NCBI GenBank assembly: GCA_964458565.1
Contig: CAYWJO010000004.1
Location: 81,974-145,973, forward strand
Length of the DNA stretch: 64,000 nucleotides
DNA from: an uncultured archaeon
GTDB taxonomy: Archaea > Asgardarchaeota > Thorarchaeia > Thorarchaeales > Thorarchaeaceae
Direction of reading: 5' to 3'
This document shows positions 1-9,775 of this stretch, one piece after another. Position 1 is the stretch's first letter; each line of letters starts with the position of its first letter. The notes beneath the pieces were generated by a model. That model worked only from the letters and a program-made list of their open reading frames with translations, ran no database searches and was not told the origin of the DNA. Made by a program: the position numbers and the translations under genes.

Positions 1-3000
1 CTTTCAACTTTACATTGACATAGGCAGTACTCATCTCAATACTTAGAGGAATTTTAATTGTAATTGGAACAAGCTTTTGCTCAATGCTCTCTAACTCGAG
101 TGGTTTGTTATAGACTAGTTGCTTCCCAAGTCTTGAATCAAACACAACCTCAAGTATCCCTTCAATTATTCCCTTACTTGTATTTTCTAATTGAATGATA
201 GAGTTAATAACCTCGTTCGGATTCGCGAATCTGGGTACTCCGAGAATTTGGATATCAACTGGCAAACCCTTGCTCCCTTTATCAATCGAGATATCAACTG
301 TCTTTTCATCAACAATACGACCATCGTAGATTAATACAGCAAGCAATTTTACATAATCGCTTGGTGTTTCAAAATCAGGTATCTGAAGCGGTCCGAAAGA
401 AACGGATAGGTCTCTACTTGATTTCAATCTCTGTTCAGTTAGCATTTTCCTTTGATTATCGGGTCCTATAATGTAAATTCGAATTGACGCCTTCCCACTA
501 TCATTAGCACTTCTTCTTATCCTCAACCATCCTCGAAAGCTCTCACCAATTTGGACAATTCCTGGAGCTCTGAGGGATTCGATCCTCAGTACAACAGGTC
601 GCGTATCTATTCGTATATGTTCAGATTCAACAATCGAGATTGAACTTTCATTATCACTCATCTCAGCTTGGATGACTCCAGATATCAGATCCTGTGTAAA
701 TGGTATGCTCCACTGAAAACCGAATTCTTCATTTATCAGGTTCGTAACATGAATCTGAGTTATGTCGTGGAAATCACCATCATCATTCTTGAACCGTATT
801 CTTAGAATGGTGTCCTCCAGATCCATTCTATCCCTGTTTACTATCGAAATGCGTCCGTGGATTGCTTCTCCCGGTACTTTTCTCTTTGGCATCTCAATAT
901 CCAGTTTTAGTGAAGGTCCGCGATGTGAATAACCTACATAGAACGGCTTTGACGCAATATTCAAAATTTGCTGACCTGTGATATCTTGAAGTACTAGATG
1001 CAGATAACATCGTGCAACTCCCTCCTCATTCTTATGTGGGATAACGAGCTTTGGGTACTGCTCTTGATTAAAGATAATGAGTTCTCCACTCTCCAATGTA
1101 AACTCTTTGGAAACCTGAACGAGTACTTTTTCTTGTTTTGGTGCAACTACTGAAATGATTGTCTTCAATTCGGTATCCGATGGATAATTTGTTTCAATCT
1201 CTCCGGAGAATTGAAGAGTAGAGATGCCATCAGCAAACTGTGTGGTGCTTGCTGTTCTGATTCCTGCCTTAATCCAGTAAGTTCTGATTGTTTCTGAGAG
1301 GTTGATTTGTCGACCTGCAATATCTGCAATTGCTAGTATGTTGTACGCAGTCTCAGGTCCTTCGGTTGGGAACGATACTCTTACTTCTTCAATTTCACCT
1401 ACTTCTAACTCAGTAAGAGTGATTACGTCGTTTTGCACCCGCATTCGATTCGAGTTTTCAACATTGTATCGGATAACAAGATCTGTGATTACTCGATCAG
1501 ATACATTTTGTAAAGTAATTGCGAATGAGGCTTTCTGACCAGCGAATATGAACTCCCCTTCAGGAATTATCTCTATCGCTAAGCCTTTCCACCATGAAAG
1601 CCAAGTTGGGAGATTGGGTCTCCCTCCAAGGGGATCAAATAACCAATTTGTGCAGCATTCTCTAGTAATGCCATAAAGACTTCTAAGCAGCACGACCATG
1701 TTCATATCAGATTCAGCATAAACTTTTAACTGGATATCTGCACCAGTCGTTTTTGGTTCAACAAATTCACTACCAAAAATCGAAGTCAATAGCGGTTGCA
1801 TGAATGGATTCTCTGCAAGACCTAATTCCTCAAATTCATCTCTGATAATTCTAAGCATTGATATGATTCCGTCTGAAAGAAATCTATTCTTCTTATTGGA
1901 AATTGTACCATCATCGTTGATAGTGGAGTTGTAGAAACCTACGAACTCGCTCTCTGATGATGTGCTGGGTTTGAATGGTGCCCACAAACCTGCAGACACC
2001 GCAGATTCTCTATTGGTTGCAAGGCTACCTGCACCAACATCCGGTATCCTCTCCCCATTTTCAATCATCCTTTTCGCTTTCAATGCAAGTGACTGGAGCA
2101 ATAAGGCTAATCCAATCCGTCTCGGAATTGAGAGTTGTGTATCAAAAACTCTGACCTCTATTGTCCCATAATCTGTGAATGGATAGATATCTACCATTCT
2201 AGCAAAACTTCGATTTACATGCTTGGAGAAATATTCTCTATCAGCATTGATCATAAACGGTATGAACTCGAATTCACTCGTTGGGCCCATTTGTGTTGTG
2301 TTCTTTAACAATCTAATAGAACGCTTACATTTTGGTGCTCTAAGGTTGCCTTGCTCATCAATAATAACATTATCAGTCGGGATTTTATTTTCAAACGGTG
2401 AATTTACTGAAAGTGCAATAAGATGCGGAATAAAATTCCGAAACATGTTATACACACCAAGTCGAACTTCAATGTCAACATCGGGTCCAAGGATATGATG
2501 ATGTTCTCCAAATGATAGATTCTTCACGTATTCCTGTGTAGGATTCAAACCTGTTGAAACTAAAATTACACGCTCATCTTTTGGCAACGATTCCTGTGAG
2601 ATTGCCAAAAGGGTTTGAATCCACCATGCTAGTTCTTCAAGTGTTGTGCATGGTGGTGTGGCAATCTCTAATATCCACGTAAGACTTGTGACATTGGGAT
2701 CATGTCCAATGAGTGTATATTCTTTATAATTTCCCTGAGGGTCTTCATAATTTGCTATGATTCTGGACCCACGTTCACCTTCTTCAGTTTGTGCCGTGAA
2801 CTTGCACTTGTTCGCTACTGATTTTATCTTCGTTGAACGGATTCGTTGGTCAAGAAGTCCTTTTGCTCTTGAAATTAATTTATCGAAGATATCAACTACT
2901 TCTTCTCCTCTAATCCAGCTACCATCTTTTCGTATTAGTTGTAGTTCTGCCTCTATACCATGTGCAAAATGTAGAACCGTTTCTGCGTCATTGTCTATAG

Positions 3001-3007
3001 AGGTCAT
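1..3007 (-). CDS. Glutamate--cysteine ligase family 2 (GCS2/YbdK-like) carboxylate-amine ligase fused to several C-terminal beta-sandwich (Ig-like) domains; 3' end outside window
   Basis: Hand translation from ATG at 3007 gives MTSIDNDAETVLHFAHGIEAELQLI...LEIATPPC...SFGEHHHI...PHLIALSVNSPF...YGTIEVRVFDTQ, which are GCS2 motifs. The frame is still open at base 2, which explains its absence from the ORF track. Confidence 0.8.
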   Translation of the reverse strand, partial: MTSIDNDAETVLHFAHGIEAELQLIRKDGSWIRGEEVVDIFDKLISRAKGLLDQRIRSTKIKSVANKCKFTAQTEEGERGSRIIANYEDPQGNYKEYTLIGHDPNVTSLTWILEIATPPCTTLEELAWWIQTLLAISQESLPKDERVILVSTGLNPTQEYVKNLSFGEHHHILGPDVDIEVRLGVYNMFRNFIPHLIALSVNSPFENKIPTDNVIIDEQGNLRAPKCKRSIRLLKNTTQMGPTSEFEFIPFMINADREYFSKHVNRSFARMVDIYPFTDYGTIEVRVFDTQLSIPRRIGLALLLQSLALKAKRMIENGERIPDVGAGSLATNRESAVSAGLWAPFKPSTSSESEFVGFYNSTINDDGTISNKKNRFLSDGIISMLRIIRDEFEELGLAENPFMQPLLTSIFGSEFVEPKTTGADIQLKVYAESDMNMVVLLRSLYGITRECCTNWLFDPLGGRPNLPTWLSWWKGLAIEIIPEGEFIFAGQKASFAITLQNVSDRVITDLVIRYNVENSNRMRVQNDVITLTELEVGEIEEVRVSFPTEGPETAYNILAIADIAGRQINLSETIRTYWIKAGIRTASTTQFADGISTLQFSGEIETNYPSDTELKTIISVVAPKQEKVLVQVSKEFTLESGELIIFNQEQYPKLVIPHKNEEGVARCYLHLVLQDITGQQILNIASKPFYVGYSHRGPSLKLDIEMPKRKVPGEAIHGRISIVNRDRMDLEDTILRIRFKNDDGDFHDITQIHVTNLINEEFGFQWSIPFTQDLISGVIQAEMSDNESSISIVESEHIRIDTRPVVLRIESLRAPGIVQIGESFRGWLRIRRSANDSGKASIRIYIIGPDNQRKMLTEQRLKSSRDLSVSFGPLQIPDFETPSDYVKLLAVLIYDGRIVDEKTVDISIDKGSKGLPVDIQILGVPRFANPNEVINSIIQLENTSKGIIEGILEVVFDSRLGKQLVYNKPLELESIEQKLVPITIKIPLSIEMSTAYVNVKLK

Positions 3008-3102
3008 GATCTCACATCTGATGAAGGCATTCTGCGTTCAATTACTTTCGGGTGTTCCTCAAAACAAATTGGACCGGATTAGTTATTATCTTTGCTTGGG
3101 TC

Positions 3103-3543
3103 TCAGGATTCAGATACTAATTCAAATATCTCCTTGACCTTTTCACTGAGTTCCTTCATTCTGTACCAGACTGATTCTCGACCCTTGCGTTCAGCTAATA
3201 GGTCAATTAGTATATTATAATCGAAATCTATAATGTCCTTCAAAAGAATCAATGCTCGCTCATCCTCGAAATATGAGTCATCAACTCTTCCATCACGAAT
3301 TCTCTTTGCTAGTGGTTCCAGAGATCTTTTAGCTGAGTCAAGTTTAACCAATGCAGATCGATACTTATCTTTCTCATCAGACATAGCATATCCTCCGACT
3401 AATGGTGTCATACCTGCTCCTACTGACCCCATCCCAATCGAATCAAGTGCATCCATTGCATCATTGAAATGTTCATACGCATCTGACAGACACGTTTTGA
3501 TTGCCTTGACAACTCTTGGCCTATCGCTATAATCTGACAACAT
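3103..3543 (-). CDS. Hypothetical alpha-helical protein
   Basis: 146-aa ORF preceded by GAGGTGA SD, co-oriented with neighbours. Confidence 0.7.
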   Translation of the reverse strand: MLSDYSDRPRVVKAIKTCLSDAYEHFNDAMDALDSIGMGSVGAGMTPLVGGYAMSDEKDKYRSALVKLDSAKRSLEPLAKRIRDGRVDDSYFEDERALILLKDIIDFDYNILIDLLAERKGRESVWYRMKELSEKVKEIFELVSES

Positions 3544-3569
3544 ATCACCTCATTGTGAGAAAGAATATT

Positions 3570-3604
3570 AAGAAACAGAAAGTGTCGGGTGTAGACCCCG
3601 ACAC
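3570..3604 (-). terminator. Hairpin plus U-rich tract after oppF
   Basis: GTGTCGGG(3582-89)/CCCGACAC(3597-3604) inverted repeat followed on the minus strand by TTTCTGTTTCTT. Confidence 0.6.
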
Positions 3605-3623
3605 AAATCGTTCGGTTATTGTT

Positions 3624-4679
3624 TTATAGGGGTCCATCGCCCAGTTCGCCTGCAAAGTGACAGGCCACCACATGATCATTATCCATATCCCTATCCTCTG
3701 GAATCTCTCTAACACAGATTTCCTGTGCGTATGGGCATCTCGGGTGAAATCTGCAACCTGGTGGAACATTAATTGGACTTGGTGGTTCGCCCTTTAGTGA
3801 TTCAACTCGTTTCTTCACCGTTGGATCACCAGATGGTACTGCAGATATCAATGCTCGAGTATAGGGGTGCAATGGATTGAATGCAACCTCATGCGCGGGT
3901 CCAATCTCCATAATCTTACCAAGATACATGATTCCGATTCTATCGGCGATGTATGTAGCGATAGCAAGGTCGTGAGTAATGAACAGATAAGTGAGTCCTA
4001 GCTCTTCACGTAGCTGAAGCAACAAGTTAAGAATCTCTGCACGAATTGATACATCGAGCATTGAAACTGGCTCATCGGCAACCATGAATTCCGGATGCAA
4101 TATGAGTGCTCTGGCTACTGATATACGCTGGCGTTGACCACCTGAGAGTTCATGTGGATAACGATCGATGTAATCCCCTGCAGGTGTAATTGCTACACTC
4201 TCAAGTGCCTCAAGAACACGTTTTCTTCTCTGACTTGGTGTTAATGGAAGTTTATGAACCGTCAGCGGTTCTGCAACAATACTGAAAATACTCTGTTTCG
4301 GATTGAGGGATTCGTATGGATCCTGAAAGGTAATCTGCATTTTCTTACGTAATTCTTTCATCTCTTGTCTGTCCAAAGTAGATAGGTCCTGTCCCGCGTA
4401 CACAACCTGACCATCAGTTGGTAATTCAAGATATAGAACACATCGACCTGTTGTAGTCTTCCCGCATCCAGATTCGCCTGCAAGTACTAACACTTCACCT
4501 TTCTTGATATCGAAGCTCACTCCATCAACTGCTCTCACGAAAAGTTCTTGTTTGTAGAGTAGCGATGATAGGAAGCCAGTGTTTACAGGAAACCACTTTC
4601 TCATATTGCGGACCTGAATAAGTGCATCACCTTCAGTAACTGTTGATTGTGCGATTACACCTCTATCGTCAATTGTCAT
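3624..4679 (-). CDS. oppF: Oligopeptide/dipeptide ABC transporter ATP-binding subunit (OppF/DppF)
   Basis: GESGCGKT, LSGGQRQR, ADEP and C-terminal GCRFHPRC...VACH. Confidence 0.93.
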   Translation of the reverse strand: MTIDDRGVIAQSTVTEGDALIQVRNMRKWFPVNTGFLSSLLYKQELFVRAVDGVSFDIKKGEVLVLAGESGCGKTTTGRCVLYLELPTDGQVVYAGQDLSTLDRQEMKELRKKMQITFQDPYESLNPKQSIFSIVAEPLTVHKLPLTPSQRRKRVLEALESVAITPAGDYIDRYPHELSGGQRQRISVARALILHPEFMVADEPVSMLDVSIRAEILNLLLQLREELGLTYLFITHDLAIATYIADRIGIMYLGKIMEIGPAHEVAFNPLHPYTRALISAVPSGDPTVKKRVESLKGEPPSPINVPPGCRFHPRCPYAQEICVREIPEDRDMDNDHVVACHFAGELGDGPL

Positions 4680-4691
4680 TTCTTCGCCTCC

Positions 4692-5681
4692 TTACTCCAA
4701 ATCCACTGTTAGCTCGCCTCTGAGTTTCTCGGCGAAGTGACATGCTACCCATCTGTCTGGCTCAATCTCGTCGAATGATGGTTCTTCTCTGGAACAGATA
4801 TCTTGAGCGTATGGACATCTCGGATGGAATCTGCACCCTGTAGGTGGCTCAATCAAGTCAGGTGGTGAACCGGGGATTGAGGTAAGTTTTTTCTTTTCAG
4901 CTTTCACCATGCTTGGGATTGCTCCTACAAGTCCTGCTGCATACGGGTGAATTGGTTCTTTGAATACAGATACTACATCCGCAAGCTCTGCAATACGACC
5001 CGCATACATGATTGCCGTCTTATCGCATGTTTCTGCAATAACACTCAAGTCGTGAGTAATCAAAATCAGCGACAGACCCAAGTCTTTCTGAAGTTTTTGC
5101 ATTAGCTTCAGTATTTGGGCCTGAATTGTAACATCCAGGGCAGTTGTTGGCTCGTCTGCAATAACCAAGTCTGGATTACAGGCAAGAGCCATGGCAATCA
5201 TTGCACGTTGGCGCATTCCACCAGAGAACTCATGGGGGTAGTTATGAATACGACCTGGATCAAGACCAACCATTTCGAAGAGTTTAGCGCATCTATCCAG
5301 TGCTTCTTCCTCTGTCACGTTTTCGTGCATAAGAATAGCTTCTGCAATTTGCTCGCCGATTTCAAAGACCGGATTGAGCGCATTCATCGCACCTTGAAAG
5401 ACAATTGCAACATTCTTCCATCGAATATCACGCATCTCTTTCGCACTCTTCCTAATCAAGTCGTCACCCTTGAAGTAGACGTTTCCACCTACTATATTTG
5501 CTGCGGGGGGCAAAAGTTGCATTATTGAGTATGCAAGACTACTCTTTCCACAACCACTTTCTCCGGCTAGACCGACTGATTCTCCTGATTCAAGTTGGAG
5601 GGACACATTATCCACGGCTTTGACCAAGCCTTTCATTGTCTGGTAATACATGCGCAGATTTCTAATATCAAGCAATGGCAT
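4692..5681 (-). CDS. oppD: Oligopeptide/dipeptide ABC transporter ATP-binding subunit (OppD/DppD)
   Basis: [28 protein letters not shown]. Start placed at MPLLDIRNL (5681) rather than 5837. Confidence 0.93.
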   Translation of the reverse strand: MPLLDIRNLRMYYQTMKGLVKAVDNVSLQLESGESVGLAGESGCGKSSLAYSIMQLLPPAANIVGGNVYFKGDDLIRKSAKEMRDIRWKNVAIVFQGAMNALNPVFEIGEQIAEAILMHENVTEEEALDRCAKLFEMVGLDPGRIHNYPHEFSGGMRQRAMIAMALACNPDLVIADEPTTALDVTIQAQILKLMQKLQKDLGLSLILITHDLSVIAETCDKTAIMYAGRIAELADVVSVFKEPIHPYAAGLVGAIPSMVKAEKKKLTSIPGSPPDLIEPPTGCRFHPRCPYAQDICSREEPSFDEIEPDRWVACHFAEKLRGELTVDLE

Positions 5682-5900
5682 GTTTCTTTTCTCCGCGGGA
5701 GCTATAAGATGGATTTGGTTTCTTAACAACCATTCCAAGCGAGGCTTGCCCCTTGGTTGGCTTAAATATGTTGCTTTCAGCTCAATGAACAAAATGGGTT
5801 TTTCATTAATTGTATATCCGGCAATTGGGAACTGCAAGTGTTGCCATGCCTAGTGCGAAACTAGTAAAAGGCACTACCCTCATATCTGCTATGTGTAACT

Positions 5901-6215
5901 ATGACAGTTCGTGCCTTTCCTCGTACTCGGGATTCTCCTCAAAAGAAGATACTTTTGATTCCGGTTATCTTGATTTTTGGCGGCTTGATTATGATGTATA
6001 TTCCATATCTAGGATTCATTGGAGCCATTGTATCTCTGACAGGAGCTCTTAGTGTGTTTCTTGTTGGAATGGTCTATGCAGATTTATGGGCTGCACATAG
6101 AAGAACTCGTTCGATAATAAAAGCACGTGAGGAACGTGGAATCAAAGAGGACGATGATGCTGACGACGATTATGATCCATTTGTTGATGAAATTGGGACC
6201 GTAGAAGATGATTGA
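5901..6215 (+). CDS. Small membrane protein, 2 TM with acidic tail
   Basis: Two hydrophobic segments followed by an Asp/Glu-rich C-terminus. Confidence 0.65.
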   Translation: MTVRAFPRTRDSPQKKILLIPVILIFGGLIMMYIPYLGFIGAIVSLTGALSVFLVGMVYADLWAAHRRTRSIIKAREERGIKEDDDADDDYDPFVDEIGTVEDD

Positions 6216-6347
6216 CAAAATATGTACAATCAACTTCCCTGAGAGGTAGCTTTTAATATTCAAAAAACCCGGACGGTATTGAATGTGTCAACAAGAGCGG
6301 CAAAGAGAAACTTTGAGTTTTGCCGTTTTCTCATCGGAGGATATTAA

Positions 6348-7988
6348 ATGTCTGAAGAAACCAAACAGGCTGGATGGAAAGACCGCAACTTGTACGTTAG
6401 CATCACTGGATTCTGGGGTGAATACAAGAAACACAGAATCGGACTAATTGGTCTATTCGTACTTATAATGTACTTTGGAATCGCAATCTTTGCTCCTGTA
6501 ATATCACAAGGAGTAGATCCCTCACCAACCAATAAGGTTGCACCACCATTCCTCGCACCTAGCTGGATGGCTGTGTTTGATCCAACCGGTGTCGTGACAG
6601 GGGAATTATCCCCCGATCCATATCTTAATGTGAATCCTAATGCAACATCAGACCCCGTTCTTTCAAAAATCAACATTGTAAGGAAAAATGGTACTAATAC
6701 GGATCCATTCGATTATGCGTATGGGGATGGCTATGTCAATCTGACCTGGACGCACACTGCTGGAACTGAATATTGGTGGAAACCTGAGCTTGATAATCTG
6801 CCGTTGGGTCAGATTCTTCCCAGAACTGAGCCGCAGGTCAATGATTTCATTATGTTTGAGCAAGAGCTCCCGTGGTTATACCAGACCATGCCTTCTGATG
6901 TAAATATGACTTTTGAATTGGGTGTGAAGCTGAATGGAGATTTCACGAGAACATATGGAGGACTAATGTTCAAGATTTATATATATCTCATTGATTCTGC
7001 AGGTAATTGGTGGCAAGTTTATGAATCAGTTCCACCTTATGAATCACTTGTTGTAAATCGCCGAATTGACCTGAGTGGTTTTGACGTTGTTGAGGGCTGG
7101 GAAGGTATAACCGGAAGTAACGAAACAGGTTCCGATTTTGTCAAAGACCCTGAACCTTGGGTTAAAGTTGGAGTTGTACTCTCACCAACCCGTAACTTTC
7201 GTGAGAGACTAAGTCCTAGTAATCCAGATGATTTTCCATACCTTGTTTATAATGGAAGTGTAGAAGTCCATGTCACTACTCTGAGTACCATTGCCTATGG
7301 TCCTTATTATGGAATTTTAGGCACAACAGATAAGGGTGGAGACGCGTGGTCTCAACTTATCTATGGGACTCGTATCTCATTGATTATCGGAATCTTGGCA
7401 ACTGGGTTGTCCACCGCCGTGGGAGTCATTGTAGGGCTCGTAGCGGGATATTTCGGTGGAAAAATAGACGAAGCGCTCATGAGGGTCGTTGACTTCCTGC
7501 TTGTCATACCTGGGCTGCCGCTTATGATGGTTCTCGCGGCTTTTCTGGGGCCGACAATAGGAAACATCATCCTCGTCATCTCGATTCTGGGATGGACGGG
7601 GACATCTCGGTTGATACGGTCACAGGTGATGGCCGAGAAGAACAAAGCATACGTTGAGAGTGCGAAGGCCATTGGAGCCTCCGATACATACATCATCTTC
7701 AGACACATTCTCCCGAATGTGACTCCAATCCTGTTCGCAAACATTACCCTGGGTGTCGTCGGAGCCATCCTCTCAGAATCTGGTCTTGCGTTCCTTGGTC
7801 TCACTGACCCAAGTGAGCCAAGCTGGGGCAGAATGCTTGCTGATGCCCAGACCGCTGGTGGATTCAGCAACGGTGCATGGTGGGTCGTAGTCTTTCCAGG
7901 ACTGATGATCACAGCATTATCTCTATCATTCACCTTTATTGGTCATACACTTGACCAAGTACTTAATCCAAGGCTCAGAGAACGTTAA
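6348..7988 (+). CDS. oppC: Peptide ABC transporter permease OppC/DppC with large extracytoplasmic insertion
   Basis: ILGTTDKGGD...GTRISL, EAA loop YVESAKAIGAS, PSWG, LNPRLR; GGAGG SD. Confidence 0.92.
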   Translation: MSEETKQAGWKDRNLYVSITGFWGEYKKHRIGLIGLFVLIMYFGIAIFAPVISQGVDPSPTNKVAPPFLAPSWMAVFDPTGVVTGELSPDPYLNVNPNATSDPVLSKINIVRKNGTNTDPFDYAYGDGYVNLTWTHTAGTEYWWKPELDNLPLGQILPRTEPQVNDFIMFEQELPWLYQTMPSDVNMTFELGVKLNGDFTRTYGGLMFKIYIYLIDSAGNWWQVYESVPPYESLVVNRRIDLSGFDVVEGWEGITGSNETGSDFVKDPEPWVKVGVVLSPTRNFRERLSPSNPDDFPYLVYNGSVEVHVTTLSTIAYGPYYGILGTTDKGGDAWSQLIYGTRISLIIGILATGLSTAVGVIVGLVAGYFGGKIDEALMRVVDFLLVIPGLPLMMVLAAFLGPTIGNIILVISILGWTGTSRLIRSQVMAEKNKAYVESAKAIGASDTYIIFRHILPNVTPILFANITLGVVGAILSESGLAFLGLTDPSEPSWGRMLADAQTAGGFSNGAWWVVVFPGLMITALSLSFTFIGHTLDQVLNPRLRER

Positions 7989-8004
7989 ACTCTCTCTGAA
8001 TGTA

Positions 8005-8044
8005 AGTCTGGGTCCCTCGAGACCCCGACTTCTCTTCTTTTTTT
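8005..8044 (+). terminator. Hairpin plus T tract after oppC
   Basis: AGTC.GGGTC/GACCC.GACT stem followed by TCTCTTCTTTTTTT. Confidence 0.6.
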
Positions 8045-8321
8045 AAGAATCATTTAATCGAATCCCAGATTTCTGGGTTAGTCTATCACTCGAGATCTAT
8101 ATGAATCATCAGTGTTCCCTCGAATTCAGAGAGCCTACAATCAGTGACATCGTTTCCACGAGAATCTTGGATATCAACGGGTGTAATTGTATATAGCTGC
8201 CACTTTCGTACATAGTAGTACCATGAACACTATGTTTATTAATTGCAAAACAACTTACTACCTTGGCTCGCAGTACTTAGTGTCCCTAGGTATTGTATGA
8301 TAATAACAAGGAGCGTTAAAA

Positions 8322-9402
8322 ATGGGTCTACGAGAGTACGTTATCAGACGTGGTATCTACATGTTCTTACTTGTAGTTGCTGTAGTCTGTTTCAACTTTT
8401 TCCTATTCAGACTTCCGACGCTTGTACTTGGTATCAGCCCTGTTGACCTTATGATCAGTGAGGAACTTCGGCGAAACCTCACCCAAGATGCATTGCAGCA
8501 GATCTATGTCCAATTCGGTCTTGTTCCAGACCCAGACATTTTCGACTGGATCTACATGTTCTGGAGATATCTTGTCAACATGTTCACAGGTAACTTTGGA
8601 CGCTCATTTGTATCCAAGACCCCAGTAATGGCTGAGATTGCATCAAGATTACCCAACACACTCTTGTTGATGGGTACATCTTCAATTGTTTCAATCATTA
8701 TCGGTATCTGGACTGGTGTCAAAGTTGCTGCTGATCCCGGTTCACGTAAAGACGTTGGTGCAGTTACTGTCGCGTTGTTCATCTATGCACTCCCAATCTT
8801 TTGGTTCGGAATGCTATTACTGATGGTTTTCGCATTCTATATGCGAACGGCGACGGGTGGCTTATTCTACTTCCCGCTTGGTGGAACAATCGATTATGCC
8901 CTTTGGGGAATCGCAAAGGAGAGCCCCTATGGGGCTTTGATGTTGGCCGGTAATATATTGCACCACCTGTTCCTTCCAATGATTACCCTTGGTGTCGGTG
9001 GCTATGGTGGTTACTTCTTGTACATGAGGAACAATCTAAATCCGGATTACATTGCGAATTCGGAAGAGAATAGACGTCATGACAGAAGACTACATACTGA
9101 CCGCACGAGCAAAGGGATTGGACGAGAACCAGGTACTGTACAAGCACGGTCTGAAAAATGCGCTACTACCAATGGTAACAATAATAGCCATGAATTTTGG
9201 CTTCCTAATCAATGGAGCGACGCTTACAGAAACGGTGTTCAACTGGTACGGGATGGGTCGGTATATATTCACCAGCCTGTTCCAGTTAGACTATCCTGTG
9301 GTCCAAGCGATATTTATGGTAATCGCGATAACAGCGATACTTGCGAATTTCGTGGCAGACCTTCTGTATGGAGTCCTTGACCCGCGAATCAAGTACGGGT
9401 AG
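8322..9402 (+). CDS. oppB: Peptide ABC transporter permease OppB/DppB, interrupted by a 31-nt insert (join 8322-9039 + 9071-9402, 349 aa)
   Basis: The N-terminal part is in ORF 8322-9380 and the EAA loop and C-terminus (DVMTEDYILTARAKGL...DPRIKYG) are in ORF 9052-9402. Removing 31 nt gives ...MRNNLIDVMTEDY... Confidence 0.88.
9040..9070 (+). other. Candidate bulge-helix-bulge (tRNA-type) intron in oppB mRNA
   Basis: Internal 8-bp hairpin, 3-nt AAA bulge, short central helix and long exon-exon stem. The BHB cut geometry coincides with the frame-restoring deletion. Confidence 0.7.
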
Positions 9403-9417
9403 GGCCGCATCAGAAAT

Positions 9418-9458
9418 GCGGATGGGACTGAAATCCATCCGCTGTTTGTTCTTTTTTT
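9418..9458 (+). terminator. Hairpin plus T tract after oppB
   Basis: GCGGATGG/CCATCCGC stem followed by TGTTTGTTCTTTTTTT. Confidence 0.65.
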
Positions 9459-9775
9459 CATTCCTTTTTACCTTTCAATACAATTCTTATAATTATTAAC
9501 CACATCCGTCAGTATCGTGTTCACATTCTTTCACCAATTGTTCGTGATAGGAGGAGAGCGGATGAAATAAAGGTCCACCTACCTCTCGATAATTATTGAT
9601 TGTTTGCTTGAACCCACACTGTTACATTCATTCGCATGTTAGGATATTGACGGTGCAAATTCATTCCTAAGTCAAAATCTTGATAAGTGGAATGCCATTC
9701 GCACCGACCACGACTTCGGGATTTGGTAAACTCACGCTATTTTTCCGAGCTCGTATTTTCGACGAGGAACGAAAG

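Noticed and set aside
1302-3137. Plus-strand short ORFs here and similar antisense ORFs throughout the track
   Set aside because: They are shadows of well-supported genes on the opposite strand.
9039-9380. C-terminal part of ORF 8322-9380 and the TTG start of ORF 9052-9402 as real proteins
   Set aside because: These are out-of-frame read-through and a start inside the insert. Both are pieces of one oppB.
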